Positions 1 through 8,280 of a DNA stretch of 10,507 nucleotides are shown piece after piece; within the stretch, counting starts at the first letter, position 1, and each line of letters starts with the position of its first letter. The DNA lies in the UHGV virus genome UHGV-0194914. One strand, written 5' to 3'. The translations under genes and the position numbers were made by a program. Below the pieces are notes generated by a model that saw only the letters and a list, made by a program, of their open reading frames with translations, was not told where the DNA came from and searched no databases. This stretch comes from a virus.

Positions 1-1
1 C

Positions 2-1426
2 GATGGGAAAAATTACCTAATGTTAGCACTGGTGATGGTTGGCAGTGCGCTGGTGATCGCCTTAGGGTTAGGTAAGCTGTTTGGCTGGGATATTGGCCTG
101 ACGGCCGGTATGTTAGCAGGCTCTATGACGTCGACACCGGTTCTGGTCGGTGCTGGCGATACACTGCGTCATTCCGGCATGGAAAGCAGGCAGCTCTCAC
201 TGGCACTGGATAATCTGAGCCTCGGGTATGCCTTAACCTATTTAATCGGTCTGGTGAGTTTGATTGTTGGTGCGCGTTACTTGCCGAAATTGCAGCATCA
301 GGACTTACAGACCAGCGCCCAGCAAATCGCCCGCGAACGTGGCCTGGACACTGATGCCAACCGTAAGGTTTATTTACCGGTGATCCGCGCCTATCGCGTC
401 GGCCCGGAACTGGTGGCCTGGACCGACGGCAAAAATCTGCGTGAACTGGGTATTTATCGACAAACCGGCTGCTACATTGAACGTATTCGACGTAACGGGA
501 TTCTGGCAAATCCAGACGGTGATGCCGTGCTACAAATGGGCGATGAAATAGCGTTGGTAGGCTATCCCGACGCCCATGCCCGACTCGATCCCAGCTTCCG
601 TAACGGTAAAGAAGTTTTCGATCGTGACCTTCTCGACATGCGTATCGTCACTGAAGAAGTGGTCGTTAAAAACCATAACGCTGTAGGTAAACGTCTCGCA
701 CAACTGAAGTTGACCGATCACGGTTGCTTCCTTAACCGCGTCATTCGTAGCCAGATTGAGATGCCGATAGATGACAACGTCGTGCTTAACAAAGGTGACG
801 TTTTACAAGTCAGCGGCGATGCCCGCCGCGTAAAAACCATCGCCGATCGCATCGGCTTTATCTCGATTCACAGCCAGGTCACTGACCTGCTGGCATTCTG
901 CGCCTTCTTTGTTATTGGGCTGATGATCGGGATGATCACCTTCCAGTTCAGCACATTCAGTTTCGGCATGGGGAACGCTGCCGGGTTGTTATTCGCCGGA
1001 ATTATGCTGGGCTTTATGCGTGCTAACCACCCGACCTTCGGTTACATTCCGCAGGGTGCATTAAGCATGGTGAAAGAGTTCGGCTTGATGGTGTTTATGG
1101 CAGGCGTTGGTCTGAGCGCCGGTAGCGGTATTAATAACGGCCTGGGCGCGATTGGCGGTCAGATGTTGATTGCCGGATTGATTGTCAGTCTGGTGCCCGT
1201 GGTTATCTGTTTCTTGTTCGGTGCTTATGTATTGCGAATGAACCGCGCGCTGTTGTTCGGCGCAATGATGGGCGCACGTACCTGCGCGCCGGCAATGGAG
1301 ATCATCAGTGATACAGCTCGCAGTAACATCCCGGCGCTGGGCTATGCGGGCACCTATGCAATCGCCAACGTCCTGCTGACGCTGGCAGGGACAATCATCG
1401 TCATGGTATGGCCAGGATTAGGATAA
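2..1426 (+). CDS. ybjL: Putative transport protein YbjL (AAE-family transporter with two central TrkA-C/RCK_C-like soluble domains); 5'-partial, as the reading frame is open from the window start
   Basis: Long ORF (track 20..1426) whose frame stays open back to base 2 (DGKNY precedes the first Met). Hydrophobic membrane segments at both ends flank a soluble middle region with a duplicated motif (..[21 protein letters not shown].. / ..[15 protein letters not shown]..). Matches enterobacterial YbjL from memory; no search run. Confidence 0.88.
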
Positions 1427-1538
1427 AACTGAAGTTGCCCTGAAAATGAAATTTTTTTGCACAACCGCAGAACTTTTCCGCAGGGCATCAGTCTTAATTA
1501 GTGCCACTGCTTTTCTTTGATGTCCCCATTTTGTGGAG

Positions 1539-1583
1539 CCCATCAACCCCGCCATTTCGGTTCAAGGTTGATGGGTTTTTTGT
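1539..1583 (+). terminator. Candidate rho-independent terminator downstream of ybjL
   Basis: Perfect 10-bp inverted repeat cccatcaacc (1539-1548) / ggttgatggg (1566-1575) with a 17-nt loop, followed directly by tttttt (1576-1581). The T-run is on the + strand, so it would terminate ybjL-direction transcripts. Confidence 0.5.
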
Positions 1584-1661
1584 TGCCTGAAATTTAAGCT
1601 GTTTAAATTCATGATGTTAGAAACACTGTTTTTTAATGATGGCGACAAAATGGCGGCAGCG

Positions 1662-1880
1662 TCAAAGAGAGAGCGCCACCTGTCCTGATTTCATTGGATG
1701 CGGCTGAACCGGATTTGACTCTTTTGGCGTTGCAATCGAACGAACAAAAGTTTCATGGGTAACAAAAGTATGGCTGCAGTTAATGTTCTGGCACTGGTTG
1801 TAACGCTCTTTGGTCAATGAAGATACCTGAAAACTGCTGCGAGTATGGGCGGCACTTCCACACAGTGGGCAAATCATCAT
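1662..1880 (-). CDS. ogr: Ogr-type zinc-finger late-gene transcription activator (P2 Ogr / 186 B family)
   Basis: ORF 1662..1913; the likely start is Met12 (MMICPLCGSAAH..). It carries a CxxC..(x)..CxxxxC zinc-binding pattern (CPLCG ... CQNINC) and is ~72 aa, matching P2 Ogr (MFHCPLCQHAAH..CQNVNC) from memory. It sits immediately downstream of D, as in P2. Confidence 0.82.
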   Translation of the reverse strand: MMICPLCGSAAHTRSSFQVSSLTKERYNQCQNINCSHTFVTHETFVRSIATPKESNPVQPHPMKSGQVALSL

Positions 1881-1970
1881 TTTTCGAGTTCTCCCCATTT
1901 TTGCTAAATTCACAATAATGATACCGCATTATTCCATTTTGCAAACTTAAAAGTTCTCCATTGCGAAGAA

Positions 1971-3071
1971 TCATTCCATTTCGAAATCATCAATCCTCAC
2001 TTCAAGCTCCAGACTGGTTGTAAAACCGTTATCGGGGCTGACGGTATGCGTCAGAGTCGTAATGGTCCATTCCGCATCATCTATCGGCTGTTTAAAGCCA
2101 CTGACTTTCACTGGCATTTCCGTGTAGAGATCTGCCCGACCTTCTGCCAGTTGTAGCGAGAATGACGCAACGCCGCGTTGCAGGCGTTCCCACTGCATTT
2201 TCGCCGCCCGTTCGGCGTTGCTCCGGTTGGCATAGGTGCGATTAAGTACCAGCACGTTTTCATCTGTACCCACCAGGTAATCGCCCTGCTTCGCTTCCGG
2301 CTCTTTCTTCTGCTTCTTAGTCCTGCGCTTACGCTTCACCGTGGTACTTTCTTTCTTCGCAGGTTCGCGGGTATGCAACCAGCTGGCAATTACGCCCGTG
2401 TAGGCTCCGCGATCTGCCAGGGTAAAGCGGTGACTGTCGCCGTCCTTGCGTGTGATAGTGATCACTGGCAGTGGTTTACCAGTGGCGTTTTTGCCCTGCC
2501 CCTGCCGGATGAATAACAGATTGCCATTTTTCACCGACGCGATGGCACCGTACTGTCGCGCCAGCCGCATCAGAAAACTGCCGTCACTCTCATTAGTCTG
2601 GTCTATATGCTCCACGGGTTTATCTGACAGGTCTTTACCCAGTGCCATCTTCAGCTTGTGCCGCGCGGCTATTTCCTTCACCACTTCCCCGACGGTGGTC
2701 TTATGCCACGATTTTTCACGGCGGGTATTCAACGTTTCCCGAAAATCAGCACTTCGCGCCCGGATAGTCAGGCGGTCCGGTGCGCCAGTGTGTTCAATCT
2801 CGTCCACTGTGAATGCCCCTTTAGGGAAAAGCGGCTGCCCCTTCCAGCCCAGCGCCAGCGTAATGACCGCACCACGGCGCGGCAGCACGATTTTTCCGTC
2901 AGCGTCGTCCAGCTCCAGATCAAGCTGGTCCGCTTCAAAGCCCCGGTTATCCGTCAGCGTCAAACTCATCAGGCGGTTATCCAGCACAGTGGTGATATCC
3001 CTGCCCTCAATACTGATGCTGAATGCGGGAGTTTTGTTGCCTTTGTTAAGCAGTTCAGAGCTGAAATTCAC
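1971..3071 (-). CDS. Phage tail protein D (P2 gpD, late control gene D family)
   Basis: 366-aa ORF with a lysine-rich internal linker (KRKRRTKKQKKEPEAK) and the gpD-like N-terminal motif (..TPAFSISIEGRDITT..). Its start overlaps the stop of the upstream U gene, and it follows U as in P2. Confidence 0.85.
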   Translation of the reverse strand: MNFSSELLNKGNKTPAFSISIEGRDITTVLDNRLMSLTLTDNRGFEADQLDLELDDADGKIVLPRRGAVITLALGWKGQPLFPKGAFTVDEIEHTGAPDRLTIRARSADFRETLNTRREKSWHKTTVGEVVKEIAARHKLKMALGKDLSDKPVEHIDQTNESDGSFLMRLARQYGAIASVKNGNLLFIRQGQGKNATGKPLPVITITRKDGDSHRFTLADRGAYTGVIASWLHTREPAKKESTTVKRKRRTKKQKKEPEAKQGDYLVGTDENVLVLNRTYANRSNAERAAKMQWERLQRGVASFSLQLAEGRADLYTEMPVKVSGFKQPIDDAEWTITTLTHTVSPDNGFTTSLELEVRIDDFEME

Positions 3072-3553
3072 GACAGCAGCCCTCCCACCGTTTTACTGAT
3101 ATCGCTTAAGGCAGACGTTGCCGTGTCCTGCAGATTATTCAGTTGCGCACTGAGATCACCGAACATATCGGACAGGGATTCATCCACTCGTTTGAGCGAC
3201 AGGGTGAACTCAATCCGGCGCGGCATACCGTCGCGGAAAAACTCCGTTTTAGTCTGATTCAGTCCCTCAATCACATACATGCCGTAAATCGTGCCGCTGC
3301 CTTCAATCAGGGGCCATGCTTTCCCCTGTTCTGCCATCTGCTCCAGTGCCAGCAACGACAGCCTGCCGCCTGTTATCTCCGGCATAAGAACACCGGAAAG
3401 CGTCAGCATGTCGTTTTCCGGTCCCAGAAACTGCGTGGACGGACGTCGGTTTACCCGACTGTTTGCCGCATGTCGCCAGCTGCGTTGATACTGCAGTTCC
3501 TGATACGGAACGGTGCGCAGCATAAACACGTACAATCCCAGCACCATCATCAT
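3068..3553 (-). CDS. Phage tail protein U (P2 gpU family)
   Basis: 161-aa ORF, a size typical of gpU, lying between the tape-measure remnant and D. Stop/start overlap with neighbours on both sides. Confidence 0.8.
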   Translation of the reverse strand: MMMVLGLYVFMLRTVPYQELQYQRSWRHAANSRVNRRPSTQFLGPENDMLTLSGVLMPEITGGRLSLLALEQMAEQGKAWPLIEGSGTIYGMYVIEGLNQTKTEFFRDGMPRRIEFTLSLKRVDESLSDMFGDLSAQLNNLQDTATSALSDISKTVGGLLS

Positions 3554-4479
3554 GCGTCGTATCCCCCCTGATCGCTGTAGTTACTCCTGGCTTTTGCCTT
3601 CAGCCTGCGTTCACGTTCATCAAGCTGGCGTGCCACCTCCCGCGCAATATCCTGCGCACTTTGTCCTGGCTGCGTCTGAATGATGATCTGCATCGGTGCC
3701 TCAATCCGTTGAACGGGCGGCACAGTGGCTGCGCGACTCACAATTGCTTCTCCACCTTTCGCGGGAAGTGCCAAAGGGTGCAACGGTGGAAGCTCTGCTG
3801 GCGCGGCAGCAACGCCCATCATTCCGGCAACAACGGCAGCCAGTGCAGCTGTATTTCTCCGGCTGGTCACATTTGCCGGGCCGTTAACAATTTCCGGCCC
3901 GTTTTCACCGACGATGCCAAACTGCCCGCGCGGGATATACCCTCCGCTGTCATACATCCCCGCAAAGCCATATCCCCATGATGGAAAACCACCCGATGGC
4001 ATCATCACTTTACCGTCTGCATTCACCGTCGCAGGTTGCTGACGCGTCACGCTTTCCGGCAGTTTTGCCTTTGCGGCCTCTTTACTGACAATGCCGAGCT
4101 TCTCCAGCAACCAGGAAACGCCGGATTTCAGGGAGTCCAGCGGATGCATGACCATATTCAGCCCTTCCGCCAGTGCCTCCCCGAATCGCCGCCCCATTGC
4201 CGCTGCACTCTGCAGTTCGGCAGAGGTCGACTTAACGGGCGTCAGCAGATCAGTAAACCAGCCCCACAGCGCCTGTACTTTGTCGCCAATCCACTGGAAC
4301 ACGGGCTTAAGCGGTTCGAATGCTGCACTGACGGGACCTGCCGCCGCTTTGAATCCTTCCACCACGCCACCAAGAAATGCGGTGATGGGTTGCCAGTATT
4401 TCCAGACAACCAGCGCCACGCCCGCCAGTGCAGTAACCACAAGACCTATCGGACTGAGCAGAGCACCTATGGCAACAGA
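3550..4479 (-). pseudogene. Tail tape-measure protein (P2 gpT family), C-terminal ~300 codons only; N-terminal ~60% missing
   Basis: ORF 3550..4440 begins at a GTG, and the frame stays open upstream to ~4584 with no ATG. The hydrophobic segment ([25 protein letters not shown]) and Ala/Gly-rich C-terminus are typical of tape-measure proteins. At ~296-310 aa it is far shorter than a P2-type gpT (~800 aa), and sheath, tube and E genes are absent between G and this remnant. Confidence 0.7.
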
Positions 4480-4597
4480 TGATGAAACGAAACTGTTACT
4501 GGCATGGAAAAAATATCGCGTGCTATTGATGCGTATTAATACTTTAACAGCACTCGATATTGAATGGCCTACGCCTCCGGCAGTTCAGGCCAGATGA
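4468..4597 (+). pseudogene. Inverted C-terminal fragment of a second tail-fibre assembly (Tfa) gene, convergent with G
   Basis: The last ~42 codons of + ORF 4091..4597 read [42 protein letters not shown], matching the conserved Tfa C-terminal motif ([22 protein letters not shown]) from memory. Upstream codons in the same frame show no Tfa-like character. Its stop (4595-4597) lies inside the last codons of G on the opposite strand. Confidence 0.5.
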
Positions 4598-5180
4598 CAT
4601 CCGGCGCGGTGCTGGTATCTGTTGCCGTCACCGCGTCAATGTAATCCAGCACAGCGTTAAGTCGGGTGTTTTCTGGCTGCGTCAGCTTCCGCCCGGCCTG
4701 CAATTTCAGTTGAATCAGACTGATGGAAGCCATTGCAGTATCAATCAGCGACTGGCGTTGTGCTTCTGCTGCATCTACTGCGGCGCTATGCTGTGCATCG
4801 GTATCCGTCACCCATTTCTCACCATCCCATTTATCGTATGGTGTTAACGGGGCGATAGTGGTTGTATTATCAGGGTAATCACCCGGAGCTGTGATTTCTT
4901 TTGATTCTCCTGTTTCGGTGCTAAAGACGATTTCACCGCGATGGTCTGGCACATATTCCCATGAGTTAAAATCTGCAGAACGGCAGATTGCATAACCAGC
5001 CTTATGTGTAACTGGTGCATCTAAACAAGAACATGCCGGGATACCGACGCCAACCGCAAGATATTCAGTTGATATGGAAATATATTCCCGCGTTTCTCCG
5101 TTGTAGTTGTAAACGGTAATGAAGCCAGCCTCTGTGGCAAATCCGTTTTCATCCAAAGTGATTTTTTTTGTGGTCATCAT
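4569..5180 (-). CDS. Tail fibre assembly protein (P2 gpG / Tfa family)
   Basis: 203-aa ORF immediately downstream of tail fibre H with a 4-bp overlap. The C-terminus (..[22 protein letters not shown]) carries the Tfa signature. Confidence 0.8.
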   Translation of the reverse strand: MMTTKKITLDENGFATEAGFITVYNYNGETREYISISTEYLAVGVGIPACSCLDAPVTHKAGYAICRSADFNSWEYVPDHRGEIVFSTETGESKEITAPGDYPDNTTTIAPLTPYDKWDGEKWVTDTDAQHSAAVDAAEAQRQSLIDTAMASISLIQLKLQAGRKLTQPENTRLNAVLDYIDAVTATDTSTAPDVIWPELPEA

Positions 5181-6694
5181 GCTGCCCTTACAATGTAGTT
5201 AAATGCAATGTTACGTGGCCTTGTTTCTGCTGATGTTCTTGCACTCCTGGATAAATCAAGTGTCACACCATAGTAACTAAATGCATTACCAGTTGATGGA
5301 GCGGCATATTTAACCCCAGAACTAGAACCAACATTAAAAACTCCAGATGCTGAGGAAGCTGACCCCATAGTGTTATCAATCAGAGAACCCGTAACATTTT
5401 GCATAGCGTCAAGTTGTTCGCTTAATAAAGCGCGTCCACTATCAACATCACGCCCGTCATCCCAGCCACGAATAAATTCACCTCGTAAATCAGGCAATTT
5501 ATTTGTCGGATAAGCCTTTGCCAGTTCCGGGTATTCTTCAGCAGAAAAAACCGCACCGTTGCATTTCAGCCAGCCTGTTGGAGGTGTCTCAGAAGGCCAC
5601 GGAACAGGCGCACCAACAGGTAATGCAGAACCTTCTCCCAAACCAAGGTATGTGAGAAGACCAGCTACATCTTTTCCACTCAAATTGGTAAGCGTATTGT
5701 CCAGCGGTTGTTTACCTGCCAGCGCATTAAGCATTGTCGTGGCAAAGTTCGGATCATTCCCCAGTGCCGCCGCCAGTTCGTTCAGTGTATCCAGTGCAGC
5801 AGGTGCAGAACCCACCATTCCTGCAATCGCCGATTTCACAAAAGCCGTAGTGGCAATCTGTGTATTGTTGACCGACTGCGCCGCCGTGGGGGCTGTTGGC
5901 GTTCCGGTGAGTGCCGGACTCGACAACGGTGCTTTTAGTGCCAGCGCATTGTTAATGGTGGTACTGAAATTCGGATCATTGTTAATGGCTGCGGCTATTT
6001 CTTTCAGCGTGTCCAGCGTGGCTGGCGCACCATTAATAAGGGCCGTCAGTGCCGCCTGTACAAACGCAGTGGTCGCAACCTGCGTGGTATTATTCCCCGC
6101 CGCTGGCGTTGGCGCTTTGGGGGTTCCGGTAAATGTCGGGCTGGCTTTTGGCGCGTACTGTGAATGAGGGTCCTGTGCAGCAAGATGTTTTGCCATCAGG
6201 TCATCCACGTACACCTTCAGCTCCAGTACCTTGTTATCCACATACTTGCGGGTTGCCAGCACTACAGCAGGGTCGATTTTCAGGGTGATATTGTCCGTAC
6301 TGCTGGTAATCAGCACCATGCGCACGGTCTGGGTGCGCCCGCTGCCTTCAGCCAGTTGCGGCTTATAGCTTTCCGGGCAGTTGCCCACGGCAATCAATGC
6401 CCCGGACTCATCAAACAGGCCCACTTCACGTATCCACCAACCGCCCTCGTTTTCAGGGATCACCTGTTCAGCAATAATCTGGCTGCTATTCTGCGGGTCG
6501 ATATAAAGCATATTCAGCGCAGCCCGGCGTTTCTCATTTACCAGTGCCGTCTGCTTTGCGTCCGGCGTTGGCAATACTCCGCCGCCATCGCCCACCGCCA
6601 TATGGGTAATTTTTAGCGGCACACCGAGCGCGGCGGCGCTGGCAAGTTTCGCCGCGCCAATATCCGTCAGCAGGGTATAAAATTTTGTGCTCAT
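5177..6694 (-). CDS. Tail fibre protein (P2 gpH family N-terminus; tandem fibre repeats; C-terminal phage tail-collar-type receptor-binding domain)
   Basis: 505-aa ORF. The N-terminus (MSTKFYTLLTDIGAAKLA..MAVGDGGG..AESYKP.LAEGSGR) matches the conserved gpH baseplate-attachment region. Two ~74-aa tandem repeats occupy the middle, and the C-terminus carries the motif PVPWPSETPPTGWLKCNGAVFSAEEYPELAKAY..LPDLRGEFIRG typical of tail-collar domains. Confidence 0.85.
   Translation of the reverse strand: MSTKFYTLLTDIGAAKLASAAALGVPLKITHMAVGDGGGVLPTPDAKQTALVNEKRRAALNMLYIDPQNSSQIIAEQVIPENEGGWWIREVGLFDESGALIAVGNCPESYKPQLAEGSGRTQTVRMVLITSSTDNITLKIDPAVVLATRKYVDNKVLELKVYVDDLMAKHLAAQDPHSQYAPKASPTFTGTPKAPTPAAGNNTTQVATTAFVQAALTALINGAPATLDTLKEIAAAINNDPNFSTTINNALALKAPLSSPALTGTPTAPTAAQSVNNTQIATTAFVKSAIAGMVGSAPAALDTLNELAAALGNDPNFATTMLNALAGKQPLDNTLTNLSGKDVAGLLTYLGLGEGSALPVGAPVPWPSETPPTGWLKCNGAVFSAEEYPELAKAYPTNKLPDLRGEFIRGWDDGRDVDSGRALLSEQLDAMQNVTGSLIDNTMGSASSASGVFNVGSSSGVKYAAPSTGNAFSYYGVTLDLSRSARTSAETRPRNIAFNYIVRAA
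5705..6161. repeat. Intragenic tandem direct repeat, two copies with ~222-bp period, inside the tail fibre gene
   Basis: The motif gccagcgcatt recurs at 5718 and 5940 and ggatcatt at 5751 and 5973, both offset by 222 bp. The encoded peptide units are ..NNTTQVATTAFVQAALTALINGAPATLDTLKEIAAAINNDPNFSTTINNALALKAP and ..NNTQIATTAFVKSAIAGMVGSAPAALDTLNELAAALGNDPNFATTMLNALAGKQP. Confidence 0.75.
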
Positions 6695-7296
6695 GGATTC
6701 ACTCTCATTGTGTCAATAACATGGACCGCCCCGCCTTCATGCGCGGTGCCACCGGAAATAATCGTTTCGTTGATATACGGATAGATCGTGATTTCTTCGC
6801 CAAGATAGCTGGCGGCTCCCACCCAATGCGGGCCGCTGGTCTGCAGATTGATGGACATGCCGATCATGTGGCGGCTACATGGTTTGGCATCGCTTATCAG
6901 TCGCTCAAGTTCCAGATAGGTATCTTCAGTGATGCCCTGGTCCTGCACGCCGATATCCAGGCGAAACGTGCCCGGTGCCTCTCCGGTCTGCCACCACTCA
7001 ATAATGCGGATCAGAAAGCCGAACGGCTCCACCACCCGCCGCACGGCACTGGTGGTCCCTTTATGCTGATGAATATAAAAAGCATCCTTCACCACCTGGC
7101 GCTTGACGCTTTCTGTCCAGCCCTCGTCCCAGCGATCCACAGAGAACGCCCAGGCGAGATAAGGCAGGAAACTGACCGGACAGGTTGCCGGATTCCACAA
7201 GTCACGAAGCGGCACCTGCAGATCAGAAATCCCGCTGCAGGTTTGCGCCAGTCGGCGCTCCAGTGGTGTTGAACCCGGTGGCAGCAGACTATTCAT
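6691..7296 (-). CDS. Baseplate assembly protein I (P2 gpI family)
   Basis: 201-aa ORF between J and H with overlapping stop/start junctions. Contains gpI-like conserved stretches (LWNP.TCP...LP.LAWAFSVDRWDE.W, GTFRLDIGV, AKP.SRH.IGMSI). Confidence 0.8.
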   Translation of the reverse strand: MNSLLPPGSTPLERRLAQTCSGISDLQVPLRDLWNPATCPVSFLPYLAWAFSVDRWDEGWTESVKRQVVKDAFYIHQHKGTTSAVRRVVEPFGFLIRIIEWWQTGEAPGTFRLDIGVQDQGITEDTYLELERLISDAKPCSRHMIGMSINLQTSGPHWVGAASYLGEEITIYPYINETIISGGTAHEGGAVHVIDTMRVNP

Positions 7297-7963
7297 CCGT
7301 TCCTCCGTTGGTTACGCTCCACTGCGTACATGATGCCGCCTGTGTTTTGTTCAGGACCACATCCGCCAGAGGAGAAGCCAGCTCCACACGCTGCACCCCC
7401 TCAACATGCAGGGCGGCAAAGATGGCGCTACGGCGAATATCCCGACCAAGACGCGTCTGACTGGCGATGTACTTCTGCAGGCTGGCTTTTGCCGCTGCCA
7501 TTACCGGCTCTGCTTCCGGTCCAGGATAGAGAAAAATGGTGGCTTCCACGCGATACGGGATGATTTCTGCGCTGCGAACCGTAAGACGGTCAGCCACCGG
7601 GCGGACGTTCTCACTGTTCAGAGCTTTTTCCACCACGTCCAGCAGGTCTTTTTCTGCGGTTCCATCGCCTTCGCGGCTAAGGACAGTCAGCACCACCTCT
7701 GCAGGTGCCGGGCTGGTTGCACTGGCATCCGCCACCCGACCGTCGGCGCTTCGGGCATGAAATTCATAAGCTGCAGTTGGCCCCGCAACAGAAAGCCCTT
7801 CAAAGGCTGCAGGCACACGCAGGCGTAACGCTTCATCGCTTTCCATCACAGCTGCAACGGACGGCACAGCGTCATTATCAGCAGGCGTCACCGTCAGGCG
7901 TTTCACGTTGTAGTTGGCAGCGAGCTGGTCAAGATCGCTGCCCATCGCGTATCCAGCCCCTGA
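7289..7963 (-). pseudogene. Baseplate assembly protein J (P2 gpJ family), N-terminally truncated by ~80 codons
   Basis: ORF 7289..7945 (218 aa), with the frame open a further 5 codons upstream to 7960 before an in-frame stop at 7964-7966. The sequence (..DLDQLAANYNVKRLTVTPADN..FEGLSVAG..YEFHARSADGRVAD..YLYPGPE..LGRDIRRSAIFAALHVEGVQRVELASPLADVVLN) aligns with the C-terminal ~220 residues of a ~300-aa gpJ from memory. Confidence 0.75.
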
Positions 7964-8280
7964 TTAAACACACCTTTTACATACACCCAGCGCGGCAACT
8001 GTCGGCACGCATCCGCCCAGCGCCGCTGGTTGAGCAATTTCACCAACGTGGAACTGCAGGCATTGCCCGTTCCCACGTTGAAGGCAAACGACACCACCGC
8101 GTCATACACCTTCTGCGGCGGCTGTTGCTTCACACACCTTTCCAGCACCCGCTCCACACGTAGCACGTTGGAGATCAGCCCTTCTGCTGCCTGTCGTTCC
8201 GTAATGGTTTTGCCGGGAATGACGCCCGACGTATTACCAATGCCGTCGGTCCAGACAAACGGTGACGGATAAGGCGTCCA
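7903..8280 (-). pseudogene. Phage lysozyme (GH24, T4-lysozyme/P22 gp19-type endolysin) lacking its N-terminal region, including the expected catalytic Glu
   Basis: Minus-strand frame open from 8280 down to the stop at 7903. It encodes ..VWTDGIGNTSGVIPGKTITERQAAEGL..VYDAVVSFAFNVGTGNACSSTLVKLLNQRRWADACRQLPRWVYVKG.., which fits the GH24 pattern (TIGxGHT.. / YDALVSFxFNxGxGAFxxSTLLRKLN..W / RW.YAGGK). There is an in-frame stop at 8281-8283 and no start codon before the conserved core. Confidence 0.7.

Noticed and set aside
123-509. 128-aa minus-strand ORF inside ybjL
   Set aside because: It lies entirely antisense to a well-supported transporter CDS. The product is Arg/Pro-rich and low-complexity, typical of a shadow ORF in GC-rich coding DNA.
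1539-1583. Hairpin considered as a tRNA fragment or att-site tRNA 3' end
   Set aside because: It is a single 10-bp stem with a 17-nt loop and a T-run. There is no cloverleaf arrangement, no T-loop or anticodon-arm consensus and no CCA context, so a terminator is the simpler reading.
1780-1974. 64-aa minus-strand ORF overlapping the 5' end of ogr and the D-ogr spacer
   Set aside because: It overlaps ogr in another frame on the same strand and has no recognisable motif. The ogr frame carries the conserved zinc-finger pattern, so this one is most likely spurious.
4242-4442. 66-aa minus-strand ORF within the tape-measure remnant, in a different frame
   Set aside because: It overlaps the better-supported T frame on the same strand, and its Trp/Arg-rich product has no recognisable features.
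4091-4467. Upstream ~125 codons of the long plus-strand ORF 4091..4597
   Set aside because: Only the last ~42 codons show Tfa-like sequence. The upstream part is antisense to the tape-measure remnant and has no Tfa character, so it is not treated as a complete tfa gene.
2178-4482. Series of plus-strand ORFs (2178..2516, 2446..3099, 2658..3257, 3143..3571, 3291..3488, 3661..3981, 3696..3887, 3725..4042, 4036..4482) antisense to D, U and T
   Set aside because: All lie antisense to minus-strand genes with clear phage tail-protein character. Their products are Arg/Ser/Pro/Cys-rich with no domain signatures, so they are treated as shadow ORFs.
4441-4568. Possible accessory or defence gene at the P2 Z/fun-equivalent position between G and the sheath gene
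   Set aside because: The interval is only ~130 bp and is fully accounted for by the inverted tfa fragment and the tape-measure remnant, leaving no room for an intact gene.
5559-6616. Plus-strand ORFs 5559..6167, 5708..5938 and 6164..6616 opposite the tail fibre gene
   Set aside because: These are antisense to the H gene. The 202-aa product is Ala/Val/Gly-rich simply because it mirrors the repeat-rich fibre codons, and it has no independent start or RBS support.
6685-7272. 195-aa plus-strand ORF opposite gpI
   Set aside because: It is antisense to the well-supported baseplate I gene and has no recognisable motif.
7185-8163. Plus-strand ORFs 7185..7460, 7330..7563, 7406..7828, 7536..7760 and 7705..8163 opposite J and the lysozyme
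   Set aside because: These are antisense shadow ORFs in GC-rich phage DNA with low-complexity products.
8030-8272. 80-aa plus-strand ORF opposite the lysozyme fragment
   Set aside because: It is antisense to the GH24 lysozyme core, which has a strong family pattern on the minus strand.
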